Shown here: in pieces, positions 29,189 through 42,927 of the stretch
Position numbering within the stretch: position 1 is the stretch's first letter
Layout: each line of letters opens with the position of its first letter
Program-made: the position numbers and the translations under genes
Assembly (NCBI GenBank): GCA_964016885.1
Contig: OZ024745.1
Span: 78,120,001 to 78,184,000 of the forward strand
DNA from: Eledone cirrhosa
Taxonomy: Eukaryota
Reading direction: 5' to 3'
Length of the DNA stretch: 64,000 nucleotides
The notes under the pieces: model-generated
Seen by the model: only the letters and a program-made list of their open reading frames with translations
Told to the model about the DNA's origin: nothing
Database searches by the model: none

Positions 29189-29874
29189 TACACACACACT
29201 TATATATATATACACATACACACCCATTTCTGGGTCGCGATCAATTTCATCTCTGTAAGTGGATGATAATGATGCGGTGTACATTTCACACACACACACA
29301 TATTGTACATGAATGAGCACACACAAATACTCGAAATAAACACAAGAGATACACATTCATACACAGAGACACGCGCACTAAATAATTGTGGGGAAGATAA
29401 ACAAAGATGGAAATAAATGTCGTATGTCTCAGTACTAACTATTATAGAGCTAAAATTATATGTTTGATATTTTCTCCTGTAAAACAAACATTTAAAGACA
29501 TATTATTTGAGGAGGAGTGTGAGGATGTGAAAGTGTGTGGAAACGTGTCAGATTTTAGAGGTTAGAGGTTAGGTCAATAATAATAAGACAGTTCTGACTC
29601 ATTAACATAGATAGCTATTGGGTTTACAATGGCAAACATTTTGCCGAGTGTTACAAATTTTCTATTTAGTTTCAGTCTTTTTGTTTGTTTATTTATTGGA
29701 TTTGCTGGATTTGAACTCATAAATATATGGCCCCGACTAACATATTATAGGGTATATAGTAGAGCTCCTATCACACAGTCTATTTCTTCCAATATCTCTT
29801 AGTTGAAACATTGATATTTCTAAAATATTCATATATATGTGTATATATATGTATATATGTGGGGGTGGGAGGGT

Positions 29875-30070
29875 CATGGGTTCAATCGGAGGTGACCACA
29901 GTAAGTAAGGTATTTAATACATAGTAGAGTATATGCAATATTTAATATAGAAATGGCTTCTACAGGACTAGAACTGTTTCATTCGAAGGAAAACATCAGG
30001 AAAGCTTCCCTGATGATTTCCTTCGAATGAAACAGTTCTAGTCCTGTAGAAGCCATTTCTATACTAAATA
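29875..30070. mobile_element. PLE-like relic ending in a ~130-bp palindrome
   Basis: Palindrome about 29940-30070 centred on aagctt (30002-7); family copies at about 50748-50920 and 58361-58490. Confidence 0.75.
30004..30053 (+). ncRNA. Type-I hammerhead motif
   Basis: gcttc-c-CTGATGA-tttccttcgaat-GAAA-cag(ttctagtc)ctg-TA-gaagc; triplet GUA; the mirror copy has a CUGAUGU core mutation. Confidence 0.65.
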
Positions 30071-30129
30071 TATATATATATATAAATATATATGTGTGTA
30101 TGTGTGTGTGGGTGGGTGGGTGGGGCACG

Positions 30130-30172
30130 CCAGACAGCGCTGTTTCGAGATCTATTAATATTTCATCAGTGA
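30130..30172 (-). ncRNA. Type-I hammerhead motif (decayed stems); inverted partner at 30287-30327
   Basis: Minus strand: tca-CTGATGA-aatattaatagatctc-GAAA-cagcgctg-TC-tgg; palindromic ACAGCGCUGU stem III, triplet GUC. Confidence 0.6.
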
Positions 30173-31468
30173 ATTTGTAGTCGATGTTTTCTATTTATGA
30201 TATGCGAATGAGCATCTCCAGCAAATGATCACGCAAAATTCTATTATAAATATACTCTATTTCCAAGCTAGTAAGGGTTGAGTGAGTGTCATTGATGAAA
30301 TATTAATAAATATCTTGAAACAGCGCTTTTATTCCCAAAATACATGCATACATACACATATCACTCTTTTAATAAGCAGCACTTATCACTTCACGGTACA
30401 CCATAACTATGAAGCATGATGTAGGGACCAAAAACATAAAATGCCATCCACAGAAAAGAAAAACTTGATAATAAATACATAAAAAGTTATAATTTGCAGA
30501 GCACATTCACACAAAATATTAACGAGTATGATATATATGCACAGTAGTTGAATCAGCTGCGCAACAGATGTTAATATGGTTTTAAAAGTTAGTGAAAAAG
30601 AAAATATTTAAGCTGAACTACAAAGGAGCCTCAGCACAAATCTTCACAGAACCAGAATGTGCACTCATTAATGGAACTGTAGAATTATGTAAAACATTCC
30701 AGAGGTTTAGCGTGTAATAACTTCATATATACTCGTTTAGATATAGAAAGATATGTATATGTACACATATAACTCAAAACATACAGATCCACACATTCAA
30801 TGTAATTCATACATGCACACACGCACACGCGCACAAACACACACATGAATACATATAAAAGAAGACTTACATAATTATCTCATTGATGTGGACTAAATTC
30901 CAGTGAAAGCGTCTTCTTTCTGTGTTTGAATTCGGCGCTTCTTTCTATAAGAAATATAAATTTTAAAAAATAAAGCGTAAACAGCATACATAGTGAATAG
31001 ATAAAGACTACAAGAAACGTATTAAAACAAGTAAATAAACGTGAGAGGTTTACCAACTCAAGGTCTCCATATTTATCAACAGTCATAGATAGGTACATAA
31101 ACAGATAAGTGTTTGGAGGACACTAAGATGGCTGAATAATATGAGTCAGTTAGCCGATCATACAATGATCAAGTTGTGACATCACACCAACAGTTACTCA
31201 ATGTATATCACAGCTAACATATGAAGACAATTTCAACTGTGGCGTAAAACATGTTTTGCAAAACATCTTACATACTGAACCACTTATTCCTCTTTGTACA
31301 CACTCACACACAGATACGCACACATAACACACACGCGCGCGCACACACACACATAAACACACATATATATAACAAAAATTAGATTATGGGTGTCATGTCT
31401 CAGAAAAATGTGGCATACCACCTGTAGAATAAGCCCAAAGTTCTTAGGGATAAATCCGAGCATATACG

Positions 31469-31504
<36 letters not shown>

Positions 31505-31536
31505 TATTTATATATATTTATATTTATATATATTTA

Positions 31537-31569
<33 letters not shown>

Positions 31570-31571
<2 letters not shown>

Positions 31572-31754
31572 CGGAAGAAATGTAGTAAGGAACCACGTAG
31601 ACCATAACGCACCAAAGTACTCAATACTTAGGGTACTAGAGTGGGTAATAGGAACGAGTAGGACCCCGACGGCTGAGCTTAAGCCGTTTCGACGGCTAAT
31701 TCTGGAATTAGACGTCGAAACGGCTTGAGCTCAGCCGTCGCGGTCCTACTCGTT

Positions 31755-31758
<4 letters not shown>
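31570..31758. mobile_element. Half-hammerhead hairpin repeat within (TA)n
   Basis: Hairpin 31649-31758; each arm carries GAAA-cggct(tgagctc)agccg-TC. Confidence 0.75.
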
Positions 31759-31801
<43 letters not shown>

Positions 31802-31804
<3 letters not shown>

Positions 31805-32641
31805 AGTTAATATAAATTAATATATGATAAACACCTAAGTGTTTGTATTGTAAAAGACGAAGTTAGCTAGAATGAAATAAACTAATTCAAATAAATATAG
31901 CTTGCCTGTATCGATTTAAAATAATAAATCAATATACACAAACTCATATTGGCAAATAGCCGTGGTACCTGGACAAATTTTAATTTCAAAATTCAAACGT
32001 TTTCCGCAGATCAATTTGAACTTCAAAATCCAAACAAGTTTCGCAATCGATGGTATAAAAAGTGAAATAATCAATTTTCTGTGCTTATCAACAGGTACCC
32101 AGAAAAATTAGGTTACTTCAGCTCGAAAAAATTTTGAAGGTCTGGTTTACGAGCACAAAACGCACGAGGTTTTGCACTCGGTTTTTCCAGCTCTCTAGCT
32201 ATCTCATATTCATGGCGCTAGAAATAACAGCCGCTTATATGGGATTAAAAATTAGTTCTACCGAAGGAGCAGTAATATCATATTATATTTAGAGTTTAAA
32301 CTCAAACAGTCATATATAATTAATTAGCTCAAAGAAAGAAGCCTTTCTGAGCCGTGAAATACAAGCTAACTTCGTCTTTTACAATACAAACACTTAGGTG
32401 TTTATCATATATTAATTTATATTAACTTATATTAATGGCAGTGGATTGGCAGTATCGGTAGAGGGTCGGACGCCATGCTTTCCAGCATAGTTACGTCCCT
32501 TTACAATCTGAGTTCAAATCCCGCCGAGGTTGACTTTGCCTTTCATCCTTACGGGGTCGATAAAATAAAGTACCAGTAATGCACTGGGTAATTGCTGGCC
32601 TTGTGCCTAAAGTAGAAACAATTAATTTATATTAACTTGTA
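31802..32641. mobile_element. Inverted-repeat element (~68-bp arms) in (TA)n, with a SINE inserted in its right arm
   Basis: acaagttaatataaattaatatatgataaacacctaagtgtttgtattgtaaaagacgaagttagct is mirrored from about 32363. Confidence 0.75.
32437..32623 (+). mobile_element. Full-length young SINE with probable 18-bp TSD
   Basis: Complete head-to-tail copy; attaatttatattaactt at 32411-32428 and 32621-32638. Confidence 0.92.
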
Positions 32642-32681
32642 TTTATATATACATTTATATATATATTTATATATATATATA

Positions 32682-32723
<42 letters not shown>

Positions 32724-32839
32724 GGTATATATATGAGTATATATATATATATTTATATATATATATATATGTGTGTGTGCATATATATATATATGTGTGT
32801 ATATAGATATATATGTGTGTATATATATATATATATGAG

Positions 32840-32870
<31 letters not shown>

Positions 32871-33067
32871 ATATGTGTGTGTATATATATATATATGAGT
32901 GTATATATATATGAGTGTATATATATATATGAGTATATATATATATGTGTGTATATATATATATATATGAGTATATATATATATATATGTGTGTATATAT
33001 ATATATATACATATATATTTATATATATATATATGTGTATATATATATATATATATACATATATATT

Positions 33068-33098
<31 letters not shown>

Positions 33099-33113
33099 GT
33101 ATATATATATATG

Positions 33114-33158
<45 letters not shown>

Positions 33159-33159
33159 C

Positions 33160-33208
<49 letters not shown>

Positions 33209-33221
33209 GTATATATATATG

Positions 33222-33266
<45 letters not shown>

Positions 33267-33277
33267 GTATATATATA
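32642..33277. repeat. Compound (TA)n microsatellite
   Basis: Directly visible. Confidence 0.95.
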
Positions 33278-33331
33278 AATTAATAAAATAATGAATAAAC
33301 AAAGAAACAGTTCCTTATATTAAAAAAAATT

Positions 33332-33471
33332 CATCATTTTACGATCGTTTCTAGGATATATATGTGTTAGAGTTGGTATGCATATTCTATAGATCTATGT
33401 ACAATATTTATACAAACTATCAGAGGGAATATACCTACCTACACATATATATGCTGTCTTCAGAAATAATG
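33332..33471 (-). ncRNA. Long-stem-II hammerhead motif, paralogue of 26047-26195
   Basis: Minus strand: cattattt-CTGAAGA-cagcatatatatgtgt...acacatatatatccta-GAAA-cgatcg-TA-aaatgatg; stem I kept via a G.U pair, triplet GUA. Confidence 0.72.
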
Positions 33472-33502
33472 ATATTTGTTTATTGAAAATAACAAAGATT
33501 CA

Positions 33503-33565
<63 letters not shown>

Positions 33566-33572
<7 letters not shown>

Positions 33573-33883
33573 CACGTAAAATAAGAAAATTATAAAAATT
33601 TACTTACTTACTAAAATTTCACTCCAACTAATTAGTTTCTGAAAGGGAATGAACATGGTTTCCGATTGGAACAACATGGAGAAATATCCTTTCGTCATCA
33701 GGGAGATCTGTTCTCAGCTAAGTTCCCAGGCAAAGCGTGGACACAGGGAACTTATACAAAAATAATTCAGTGGATGGAAAAAAGCAAGCGAGGACTATTC
33801 CCTTTCAGAAACTAATTAGTTGGAGTGAAATTTTAGTAAGTAAGTACATTTTTATAATTTTCTTAATTTACGTCTTTCATATA
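33566..33883. mobile_element. PLE-like relic with ~85-bp inverted arms
   Basis: 33566-33650 mirrors 33797-33883. Confidence 0.75.
33622..33705 (-). ncRNA. Type-I hammerhead motif with extended stem II
   Basis: Minus strand: ctcc-CTGATGA-cgaaagg...cctttca-GAAA-ctaattag-TT-ggag; palindromic ACUAAUUAGU stem III. Confidence 0.72.
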
Positions 33884-33997
33884 ATTGTTCTGCATCCCCT
33901 TGCATTGAACCACAAAGTTACTAAGACAAAACCTATATATTTGCTAGCATAGGTATACATCTGTATATATATATATGTTGGTAGATATACTAATTCT

Positions 33998-34783
<786 letters not shown>

Positions 34784-34821
34784 AAGTTATAAGAATCAAA
34801 GTTCTATTCAAATCATTTATA

Positions 34822-34868
34822 TGCTTACAATTGTTTCCTCCAAACCGAGGTTTGGATTCTTCGGAGCA
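34822..34868 (-). ncRNA. Type-I hammerhead motif with U4C core mutation
   Basis: Minus strand: tgct-CCGAAGA-a-tccaaacc(tc)ggtttgga-g-GAAA-caattg-TA-agca; palindromic ACAAUUGU stem III. Confidence 0.65.
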
Positions 34869-35004
34869 ATTTATTAATGAATGATTACATATATGACCTC
34901 ATTTTCAATATATAACTACAATTTTCATATACATTTTCATATACATTTTCATATATAACTACAAAAGGTTTTTGTATATGCATACAATAAATAGTATCCA
35001 TAAT

Positions 35005-35011
35005 ACTATAC

Positions 35012-35067
<56 letters not shown>

Positions 35068-35088
35068 GTGTGTATATATATATACATA

Positions 35089-35127
<39 letters not shown>

Positions 35128-35338
35128 ATATATATATATGTATATATATATATATGTATATATATATGTATATATATATATATGTATATATATATGTATA
35201 TATATATATATGTATATGTATATGTATATATATATATGTATATATATATGTATATATATATATGTATATATATATGTATATATATATATGTATATATATA
35301 TGTATATATATATGTATATATATATGTATATATATATG

Positions 35339-35377
<39 letters not shown>

Positions 35378-35430
35378 GTATATACATATATATATGTATA
35401 TATATGTATATATATATATGTATATATATG

Positions 35431-35463
<33 letters not shown>

Positions 35464-35474
35464 GTATATATATG

Positions 35475-35507
<33 letters not shown>

Positions 35508-35724
35508 GTATATATATGTATATATATGTATATATATGTATATATATATATGTATATATATATATGTATATATATGTATATATATGTATATATATATATG
35601 TATATGTATATATATATATGTATATGTATATATATATATGTATATGTATATGTATATATGTATATGTATATATATATATATGTATGTATATATATATATA
35701 TGTATATATATATAAGTATATATA

Positions 35725-35768
<44 letters not shown>
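35005..35768. repeat. Compound (TA)n/(TATG)n microsatellite
   Basis: Directly visible. Confidence 0.95.
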
Positions 35769-35881
35769 ACATAGACACCCGGATGTAACACATGCGCAAA
35801 CTAAGCACACAACACACACAAAAACAAGATGGCGTAGGACAGAACAAAGGAGAGGCACAAAAACAAAGAAAAGAATCCCCA

Positions 35882-35924
35882 GTCACTGAAGAGGTCACAG
35901 AATGTATGACGAAAGAACTTTGAC
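35882..35924 (+). ncRNA. Minimal hammerhead motif, third copy of the 10557 family (element 35772-36051)
   Basis: gtca-CTGAAGA-g-gtca(cagaatgta)tgac-GAAA-gaac-TT-tgac. Confidence 0.68.
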
Positions 35925-36253
35925 AATATATGAACAATCGTCTGGTTGTGGAACCAACCAACCAACCGGAAATTTTTAAATTCCTAAATTTATAAATTTA
36001 ATTTATAATAAATTGAAGTGAAAGCAACTGGTCCGTCTGTTTCTTATTGGCTCTGTTTGCATAGAACTCTTTTAACCATCTTTTGATCATATATTATTTA
36101 TATTCCAGTCGTATAAACGGTTGAGTGCTACTTATCCGATATTTGCATTGCTTTATTGTGCTACAATAAAACTCACCTCCTACATATATATGTATATATA
36201 TATATATATGTAATATATATATATGTATATATACATATATATACATATATATT

Positions 36254-37775
36254 TCGCTGCTTGTGTCCTGAAGGTGTGTCGACACCAACTTGCAACTCCT
36301 CTTGCTAATCTGTGGAGGAACTCACTGGACACTGGCTATATTCCTGAAAACTTTCTGTCCCAGTCCGTTGTCCCAGTCTTCAAAAATGGAAACAAGTCCC
36401 TTGCAGTGAACTACCGTCCGATCTCACTCACCTCTCATATTATCAAAGTAATTGAGAGGGTGGTGAGATCACGAATAACGCCCTTTCTTGAAAGCAACGG
36501 CCTGCTGAACTCCAACCAACATGGATTCCGTAATGGAAGGGACTGCCTAACGCAGCTCCTGCATTACTTTGACGATGTTTTGAGAGCCTTGGGAGAGGGA
36601 TCCAACACTGATGTCGTCTACCTTGACTTCAGCAAGGCCTTCGACAGGGTTGATCATAATATTCTACTGAAAAAACTATCCAATGTGGGTGTCTCTGGAA
36701 GGTTACTACAGTGGATCAAATGTTTCCTGACAGACAGAATCCAACATGTTGTAGTCGCAGGAGTAAAAACAAGCCCTGCCAAAGTCAGCAGTGGCGTCCC
36801 ACAAGGCACTGTGTTGGGCCCACTTCTTTTCATCATCTACATTAATGACATTACTGACATCATCAAACACAGCAACATCAGAATCTTCGCAGAGGATTCC
36901 AAGCTCCAAAGGGTCATCAATGAGGTGGGTGACCGGACTTGCCTTCAGTCAGACCTACTGGCTGTTATCCAATGGGCAGAGATGAATAATATGCTGTTGA
37001 ATGAGGATAAATTTGAACTAATCTACTTTGGAAAAAAGGATGCCCTGAAACTACCATACTCTCTTCCTTCTGGTGAAACTCTAGTGGCTTCCAATAACAT
37101 CAGAGACCTGGGAGTAATTGTGGACAACAATATAAGTTGGGCCACTCATATAAACAGCAAAGTTGATATGGCTCGCAGAATGTGTTCCTGGATTCTCAGA
37201 ACTTTCCAGTCGAGAGACATCCACACTGTTGTCCTTCTTTTCTCCACTTTTGCCCGACCCCACCTTGAATACTGTTGTCCACTGTGGTCACCCCACACGA
37301 AACAAAGTATCATGAAAGTTGAAGCACCCCAAAGGTCAATTACAAAAAAGATAGTTGGCATGACAGGCCTTGACTATTGGGGTCGATTAGAAAAGCTCAA
37401 ACTTTATTCTCTTCAACGTCGCCGTGAGCGCTACATTATCTGTATGATGTGGAAAATATTCCATCAACTTAAATGATGTTGGCATCACCTTTAGTGTACA
37501 CTCAAGGCTTGGGCCCCGTGCAATCCGCCCACGACAAAAATCCCACTCGCATCACATAACAACAAGACGGCACAATTATTTCACCACCTCAATTGGCCCT
37601 GCACTCTTTAACATTACAGCAAAACACATCAAAGTAGAGACAGACCCCATCAAGTTCAAGAAGTCTTTGGATAAACTCCTTCAAGAAATCCCGGATAAGC
37701 CTCCTACACCCGGATATGCCTCCGTAAACAATAACTCTCTTCTCGAGTGGTCCATGGTGCCCAAACACTGATTTG
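36254..37775 (+). mobile_element. 5'-truncated CR1-group LINE, reverse transcriptase pseudogene
   Basis: ORF 36223-37476 has YRPISLTS, QHGFR, YLDFSKAFDRVDH, GVPQGTVLGPLLF, FAED (catalytic DD changed to ED), DLGV, LEYCCPLWSP, SLQRRRER. It continues out of frame to ...FKKSLDKLLQEIPDKP...NNSLLEW. Confidence 0.93.
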
Positions 37776-37793
37776 TAAGACTCCTACAATGCT

Positions 37794-38190
37794 CTTTATT
37801 CTCTCTCGTCTACGATTTCACAGAACTTATGTTCATCAATTTCAGGGACTTGACTCCTTCTTCCTCCCGTTTGACCTGTGCGAAATTATTTCCTCACTCA
37901 CATTTCGACTAGGTTGGATGGACTTTATTCTCTCTCGTCTACGATTTCACAGAACTTATGTCCATCGATTTCAGGGACTTGACTCCTTCTTCCTCACTTT
38001 TCGTTGCATTACCATCTTTGTTTGTTTACTGTCTCGCTCGTTCCCCCTATTTACGTGTCCCAACGACTTTCTTTAGCCGTTGCACGCACCAACCAGAGGT
38101 ATATGGTCTTTAAAGCGATGAAATACCAATGAAGGCTGGAAGATCACTGATGAAGGACTACATTTATTCATATGTAACCCATTTGCAACC
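37794..38190 (+). mobile_element. Probable PLE 3' end: ~73-bp direct repeat plus truncated hammerhead
   Basis: Direct repeat at 37794 and 37923 (SRLRF..HRFQGLDSFF, loosely like the PLE GIY-YIG terminus); CTGATGA at 38147 with a stem but no GAAA. Confidence 0.4.
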
Positions 38191-39014
38191 ACGCAGCACG
38201 CCATGTTTTCATATTTTTCATATATTTATATATATATATACATACATATATATATATTATCTACATGTATATATATATATATATATACATACATATATAT
38301 ATATTATCTACATGTATATACGTGTGTGTATGTTTGTATATGTGGCTTTGTCGCGACTGAGCTAAAGACAATATGGTAATTAGTTTGATTCGAATAATTG
38401 TACACACTCAGAAATTTATAGACGTGGGAGACATCAGTATAAAAATTGTCTCTCCTTGAAATATTGTCATTCACTTTCGACCTTTGTCAAGATGAGATTC
38501 TTAAATTCAGAAATAATTTTCTCATGATTCTCAAAATAATTTTCACATGATTCACATATTGTTCATGCTGTTTGGCAGGCTCGCAAGTGCGGCGCTAAAT
38601 GATAAGTGATATAAAGAAGTATCCCTGTTTCAATTCCTGGTTGATGTTACTTCATTTATCGTTAGTTTTTTTTAAATTCCTATGAGAAAGACATAAACTT
38701 AATATCTCGTTTTTGTTTCCTTAATACAAATTAGATCTCATGCTAGAGCTGCCTAGCTTACTGCTGTTACTCTTTCTGTCGTTGTCTGTCTTTCCTATAA
38801 AAGCGTCAAACGAACTTAATCTCAGTTTCTATTAGTGTTTATCTCGCGAATCTTGCTGCCAACACTAAATCCTTTCCACTCAACATTTTTCTTCTATCAC
38901 GTAAGCACATTCTCGAACTGAAATCATTGTCCAGGTACTGGTTATAGCTTTACGTTCTACATCAAAATGTAACACTTTGTGTCGACACTGAACAGAGTAC
39001 CGTTAGATATAAAT

Positions 39015-39231
39015 ATTTCCAGCATTGGCACATGTCGAGCAATTTAGGGGAAGGGGGAAGTCGGTGATATCGAGCCAGTATTTGACTGGTACTTTATGAT
39101 TATATCGTTTCGGGTGGGATGAAAAGCAAAATTGACTTCTGTGGGATTTGAAATTAAAATGTAAAATCGTAATTATATACTGAAAGAGCATTTTCTCCGA
39201 TGCTCTACCGAAACTGCTATTTCCACTGCCC
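39015..39231 (-). mobile_element. Degenerate SINE
   Basis: gactggtactttat...ggatgaaaagcaaaattgac...gggatttgaa...gctctaccgaaactgctatttccactgccc. Confidence 0.75.
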
Positions 39232-40246
39232 TGTTAAACGAAGTAATAATCAAGAATCAAGTAGAAGAAATTTGCTCTTCTATGCAAATAGATAGAAATA
39301 GATTTTTTTAAAGTGGTCCCTTACGAATATGCACTATTACGTTTACTATTTATGAAAACACATCAATAGACTACACACCCAACACACTGACACTTGCATC
39401 TGATCGTGGTTACACTGATGTTTCTCTTCCTTTGCGTCTATTCGAAATCTATTTTGAGGATTATTTCGAAGGATATTCCAGAATGTTGTTGATTACAGCA
39501 TTCTTCAATTAGATCTTATTGTTGAATTAGTTGAAATTATGACATATATATAAAAATTATTTGAATATATCTTATGTTTTAAAACCCTTTTTTGCTTCTA
39601 TATCTGAGTTTAAAATTATTTAAGGAATCCTCCAAGATTACTAACGATTATTTGATTTAACTACTCTGCCATTACAAATTTCTAGTTCAATTCTATATGA
39701 CATTTGCACACTCTGAATAATACCACTAACGTACTGTATCATCTGTTTTACTGACGTCTCTCTACGATGTTAATATGGAACATTAGTAACGGATTAGTTT
39801 TGTTGGCAGAAAAACTATAAAAATTGAATTCTTCTATAAGGTGTGGTAGATAATAAAGTGGTTTTTATTTCAAGAATTGTTTTCTTTCCTTCCACAATCA
39901 TTGATAACATATAGATAAAGGCTTAAACATCGCTCTTACGTTTCTATTATCTTTATAAGTTGGTGGTAGTGTTTTAATAAGAAGGTGGCAAGAGTTTTAA
40001 TATTCATAGTGCAGAAAGTATGCTAGAGTGGGGGAACCTGATAAAAGTTAGAATTTTCAGAAACTGCTTAGGTTGGTAGGTGAGACATTTTAAGATTCCA
40101 GTAGACCATTAAGTTAGGTGTGTTTTATAGATAGAGGGCTTATTTATATATCATGTATGTTAAAGGTAAACGGAAAAGAAAGAAAAAAACGGCACAGTAC
40201 ATGGAAGAAATATATTAGTTTAACGCTTGAAATAGCAGGAAGAGAG

Positions 40247-40282
40247 TCTTAACGTTTCGGATACTAGTCCTTCATCAGAAGA
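40247..40282 (-). ncRNA. Minimal type-I hammerhead motif, paralogue of 24999
   Basis: Minus strand: tctt-CTGATGA-a-gga(ctagta)tcc-GAAA-cg-TT-aaga; shares the downstream ctcttcctgctatttcaagcgttaa with 25035-25062. Confidence 0.78.
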
Positions 40283-40579
40283 TAGAGTTAGAAATAGAAG
40301 ATAAATAGAAAGTAAAAAGTGATGAGAGGAAAAAAACGGGGAAAATGAGAAAAAAAAAAGTGGAGTGAGAAAAACACACATACGTGTTCAGTCGGCCATC
40401 TTGGACCCTATTTAGTTAGAGTTGTTAATGTTAGCTTTCTTTAAACACAAGTACAAATATATGATCGTGGGGGTGCTTTGGAGTTAGAAACAGTTCACCT
40501 TTATGAAGGAGTTAGTTAGTATCAACTGATTGATTGGTAGATAAAAAAATAATAATAAAATATGTCTCCAGTAAAAATA

Positions 40580-40937
40580 TTTCCATCATTGGCACAAAAC
40601 CCGCAACATAGATAAAAAATAATGTTGATATCAATATCAACACAGTACCTAACTGGTATTTATTTTAACGGCCCCAGAAAGATGGAAGGCTAAGTTGATT
40701 TCGTGGGATTGAAACTCAGAATATAAAGAGCTATAAAACATACTGCAAAGCATTCTGTTCGACTCTCTAGCAATTCTGCAAAACCACCGGTTTCGTGGCT
40801 TCAATAATTGTTTCTACTTTTGGCACAAGGCCAGCAATTACCCAGTGCATTACTGGTACTTTATTTTATCGACCTCGTAAGGATGAAAGGCAAAGTTAAC
40901 CTCGGCGGGATTTGAAGTCAGATCGTAAAGGGACGTA
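40580..40937 (-). mobile_element. Two adjacent SINE copies (old 40580-40790; young, head-truncated 40803-40937)
   Basis: Reverse-complement matches to the SINE consensus. Confidence 0.85.
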
Positions 40938-41184
40938 TGCTTATTTGTTAAACTTCGACTAACTGGGATTAACAAACATACGTACATTTGTTCATTCCAC
41001 AATTGTGAAAGAGTGTGAGGGAGAAATGAAGAAAGAGAGAGAGGGGGAAAGAAAGAGAGAGAGTGGAGAGAGGTATTTAGAAACCGGAAAGAAAATTATA
41101 TACGACAAAAGAAAATGGCATACACAGACACTTTTAACAATACATATTAGATTATTAGATATATAAACACACACACACATTATG

Positions 41185-41230
<46 letters not shown>

Positions 41231-41439
41231 TTATGTATGTATGTATGTATATATATATATACATATATACACTACACACCAATAAAACTGAACATCTACA
41301 CTAATAGAGACATCGACCTGAATGCACTGAAATCACAAGGTTGACAGATGCCAGTGGCTGTCATGCTTCGTTCCTTTTGCCGTTGTGTTCGCCCATTTTT
41401 TTAAAAATAAAATGCATATATATATATATATTACGAAAA

Positions 41440-41942
41440 ATCACTAATTCATTGTCTCCACTGATGCCCATCTAATTGATGAAAATGGCACTCTCCAAGA
41501 CAATGCTAAAACCATGGATAAAATACTGCAGAAACAATACTGCTCTGTTTTCAACAATTCTGATATGGCTGATCTGGCTGTATCAGTGATGTTTAATCTC
41601 CAACACATTACATCTGACATAACGTGAGACGTCTTAGTGACAATAAACGAAATTGAACAAAATTCAGCAGTAGGCCCCGGTTGGTTCCCTGCTAGTGTCC
41701 TGAAGGTGTGTCGACACCAACTTGCATCTCCTCTAGCTAACCTGTGGAGGAACTCACTGGACGCTGGCTATATATCTAAAAACTTTCTGTTACAGTCTGT
41801 TGTCCCAGTTTTCAAGAAGGGAAACAAGTCCCTTGCAGTGAATTACCGTCCAATATCACTCACCTCTCATCTCATTTGAGAGAGTGGTGAGATCACGAAT
41901 AACTCTCTTGAGAGCAACAATCTGCTGAACTCTAGCCAACAT
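41440..41942 (+). mobile_element. Second fragment of the same CR1-group LINE
   Basis: VLKVCRHQLASPLANLWRNSLDAGYI...VVPVFKKGNKSLAVNYRPISLTSH is nearly identical to 36254-36520. Confidence 0.9.
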
Positions 41943-42225
41943 TTGCGTGTGTGTGGGTGTTAGGTGTGTTGTTGGTGGACATGTGTATTCATAAATATGT
42001 GTGATCGTGTGTACGCTGGTATGTGTGTTTGGCAGAGATGTGTGGTTCCTGGTTTCGCGTTTGCATGTGCGTATACTCCGGGGTGGGCATAATCCAGGAG
42101 TTCGAAAGACATGGGGGCCAAGTCGAATGGGGTATATATATTCGTGTAGAAAGGCAAGGTGAAATGGGATAGAGAAAGGAATTGTGAGTAATTGCCAGGA
42201 GTGTGTGGGTGCTTGTGTGTGATGT

Positions 42226-42322
<97 letters not shown>

Positions 42323-42538
42323 AAGGTAAAATCTCAACTGCAAAGCCTAGCGTTTTCAGCTTGTATTCAGCAAGCTTTTAAACGAGTACACCATTGAAAA
42401 AGCCTAAGCCTAGTCGAATACAAGCCGAAACTGCTAGACATCGCGGTCGGGTTTTTACCTTCCTTTATACACACTCTGCTTCTTCCCATGCATAGAGAAC
42501 TACCCTGATTTGTGGCCTCCTCTGTCTCGGTACCACAG

Positions 42539-42590
<52 letters not shown>

Positions 42591-42927
42591 CACTCAAGTG
42601 TCCATAACAATCATTGAACGGGTACTACGGTAGGACCGGTAAGACATGAAGCACTTACTGAATGCTCAGGGAAAAGAAATGAGTTTACAGCGTAAGGCAA
42701 GTACGAGATTCAGCAACACAATGGTGTATAAAGTAAATATTGGTCAGACGACACCTTTCGTTATAGTCTAGTTACGCTTGGATAGCAATTTAGGTAAGAG
42801 GGGGTAATGGTCGCAGAGGTGGTTACTAAAGACGGGAAGAGGCGGTCGTGACGATCACGACTATGATCACGACTATGGCTAGGTAGAGGTGTAGAAATAT
42901 TATGGGATGAGTGCTGATGGCAGTGCT

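Noticed and set aside
36223-37476. Functional reverse transcriptase gene
   Set aside because: The start lies in a microsatellite, the element is 5'-truncated, the catalytic motif is FAED and it terminates prematurely.
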